Below, in pieces: positions 63,712 to 64,000 of a stretch of 64,000 nucleotides of DNA. The notes beneath the pieces are model-generated. The model was not told the origin of the DNA. It was given only the letters and a program-made list of their open reading frames with translations, and did not search any database. Position 1 is the stretch's first letter; each line of letters begins with the position of its first letter. This DNA comes from Felis catus (lineage: Eukaryota), in assembly GCF_018350175.1 (NCBI RefSeq), contig NC_058368.1, positions 116,686,001-116,750,000 of the forward strand. The letters are read 5' to 3'. Position numbers and translations under genes: made by a program.

Positions 63712-63949
63712 CACTTATTTATTTGTTTGTTTATTTACTTATTTATATTTATTTATTTATTTATTTACTTATTTATTTATTTTAGAGGGAGTGAGCACAG
63801 GGTGGGGGACGGGGGGGGGGGAGAATCTCAAGCAGGCTCCATGCTTAGAGTGGAGCTCAGTGTGGGGCTTGATCTCAAGACCATGAGATCGTGACCTGAG
63901 CCTAAATTAAGAGTCAGATGCTTAACTGACTGAGTCTTTCAGGTGCCCC
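63712..63949 (-). mobile_element. CanSINE with a (TTTA)n tail
   Basis: Ends gactgagtctttcaggtgcccc. Confidence 0.85.
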
Positions 63950-64000
63950 ACAATTTACATCTTTTCAAAGGGTGTATCCATTAACAAATAATTATAACTA

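Noticed and set aside
3078..63886. Many 60-115 aa ORFs containing GAWVAQSVK / SLSLSK / LEPASDSVS motifs
   Set aside because: Translations of CanSINE sequence, not genes. The tRNA-like heads are SINE promoters rather than tRNA genes.

Overview
Mammalian genomic DNA, most likely a felid carnivore: it is dense in carnivore tRNA-derived CanSINEs, including near-identical young copies of the cat SINEC_Fc type. The window covers the middle and 3' part of the clustered protocadherin-alpha (PCDHA) variable region. It holds eight tandem, intact, + strand variable exons of about 2.4 kb (signal peptide, six cadherin repeats, TM, variable cytoplasmic tail), each ending at an in-phase GT donor. The shared constant exons and the C-type exons are not in the window. 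From my recollection of the human proteins, the exons resemble A5, A6, A7(/A9), A10, an intact exon at the position of the human pseudogene PCDHA14, A11, A12 and A13. Each exon has a promoter CSE/CTCF site 180-233 bp upstream of the ATG and a second, exonic CTCF site overlapping the FPLEGASD codons, all in forward orientation. Introns contain antisense L1 fragments, many SINEs and one split MaLR LTR. The overall system is known (stochastic promoter choice in cPcdh). Notable points here: (1) about 1.15 kb of every exon is near-perfectly homogenised, with staggered, neighbour-specific tract ends; (2) the intact PCDHA14-position exon carries the only mutated CSE core; (3) the A7-like exon has several degenerative changes and may be an A7/A9 chimera; (4) an L1 with a probable ~940 bp 3' transduction splits an MLT1 LTR; (5) one target site was hit twice, giving a triplicated TSD. 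Orthology and repeat-family names are from memory, not searches, and repeat boundaries are approximate.
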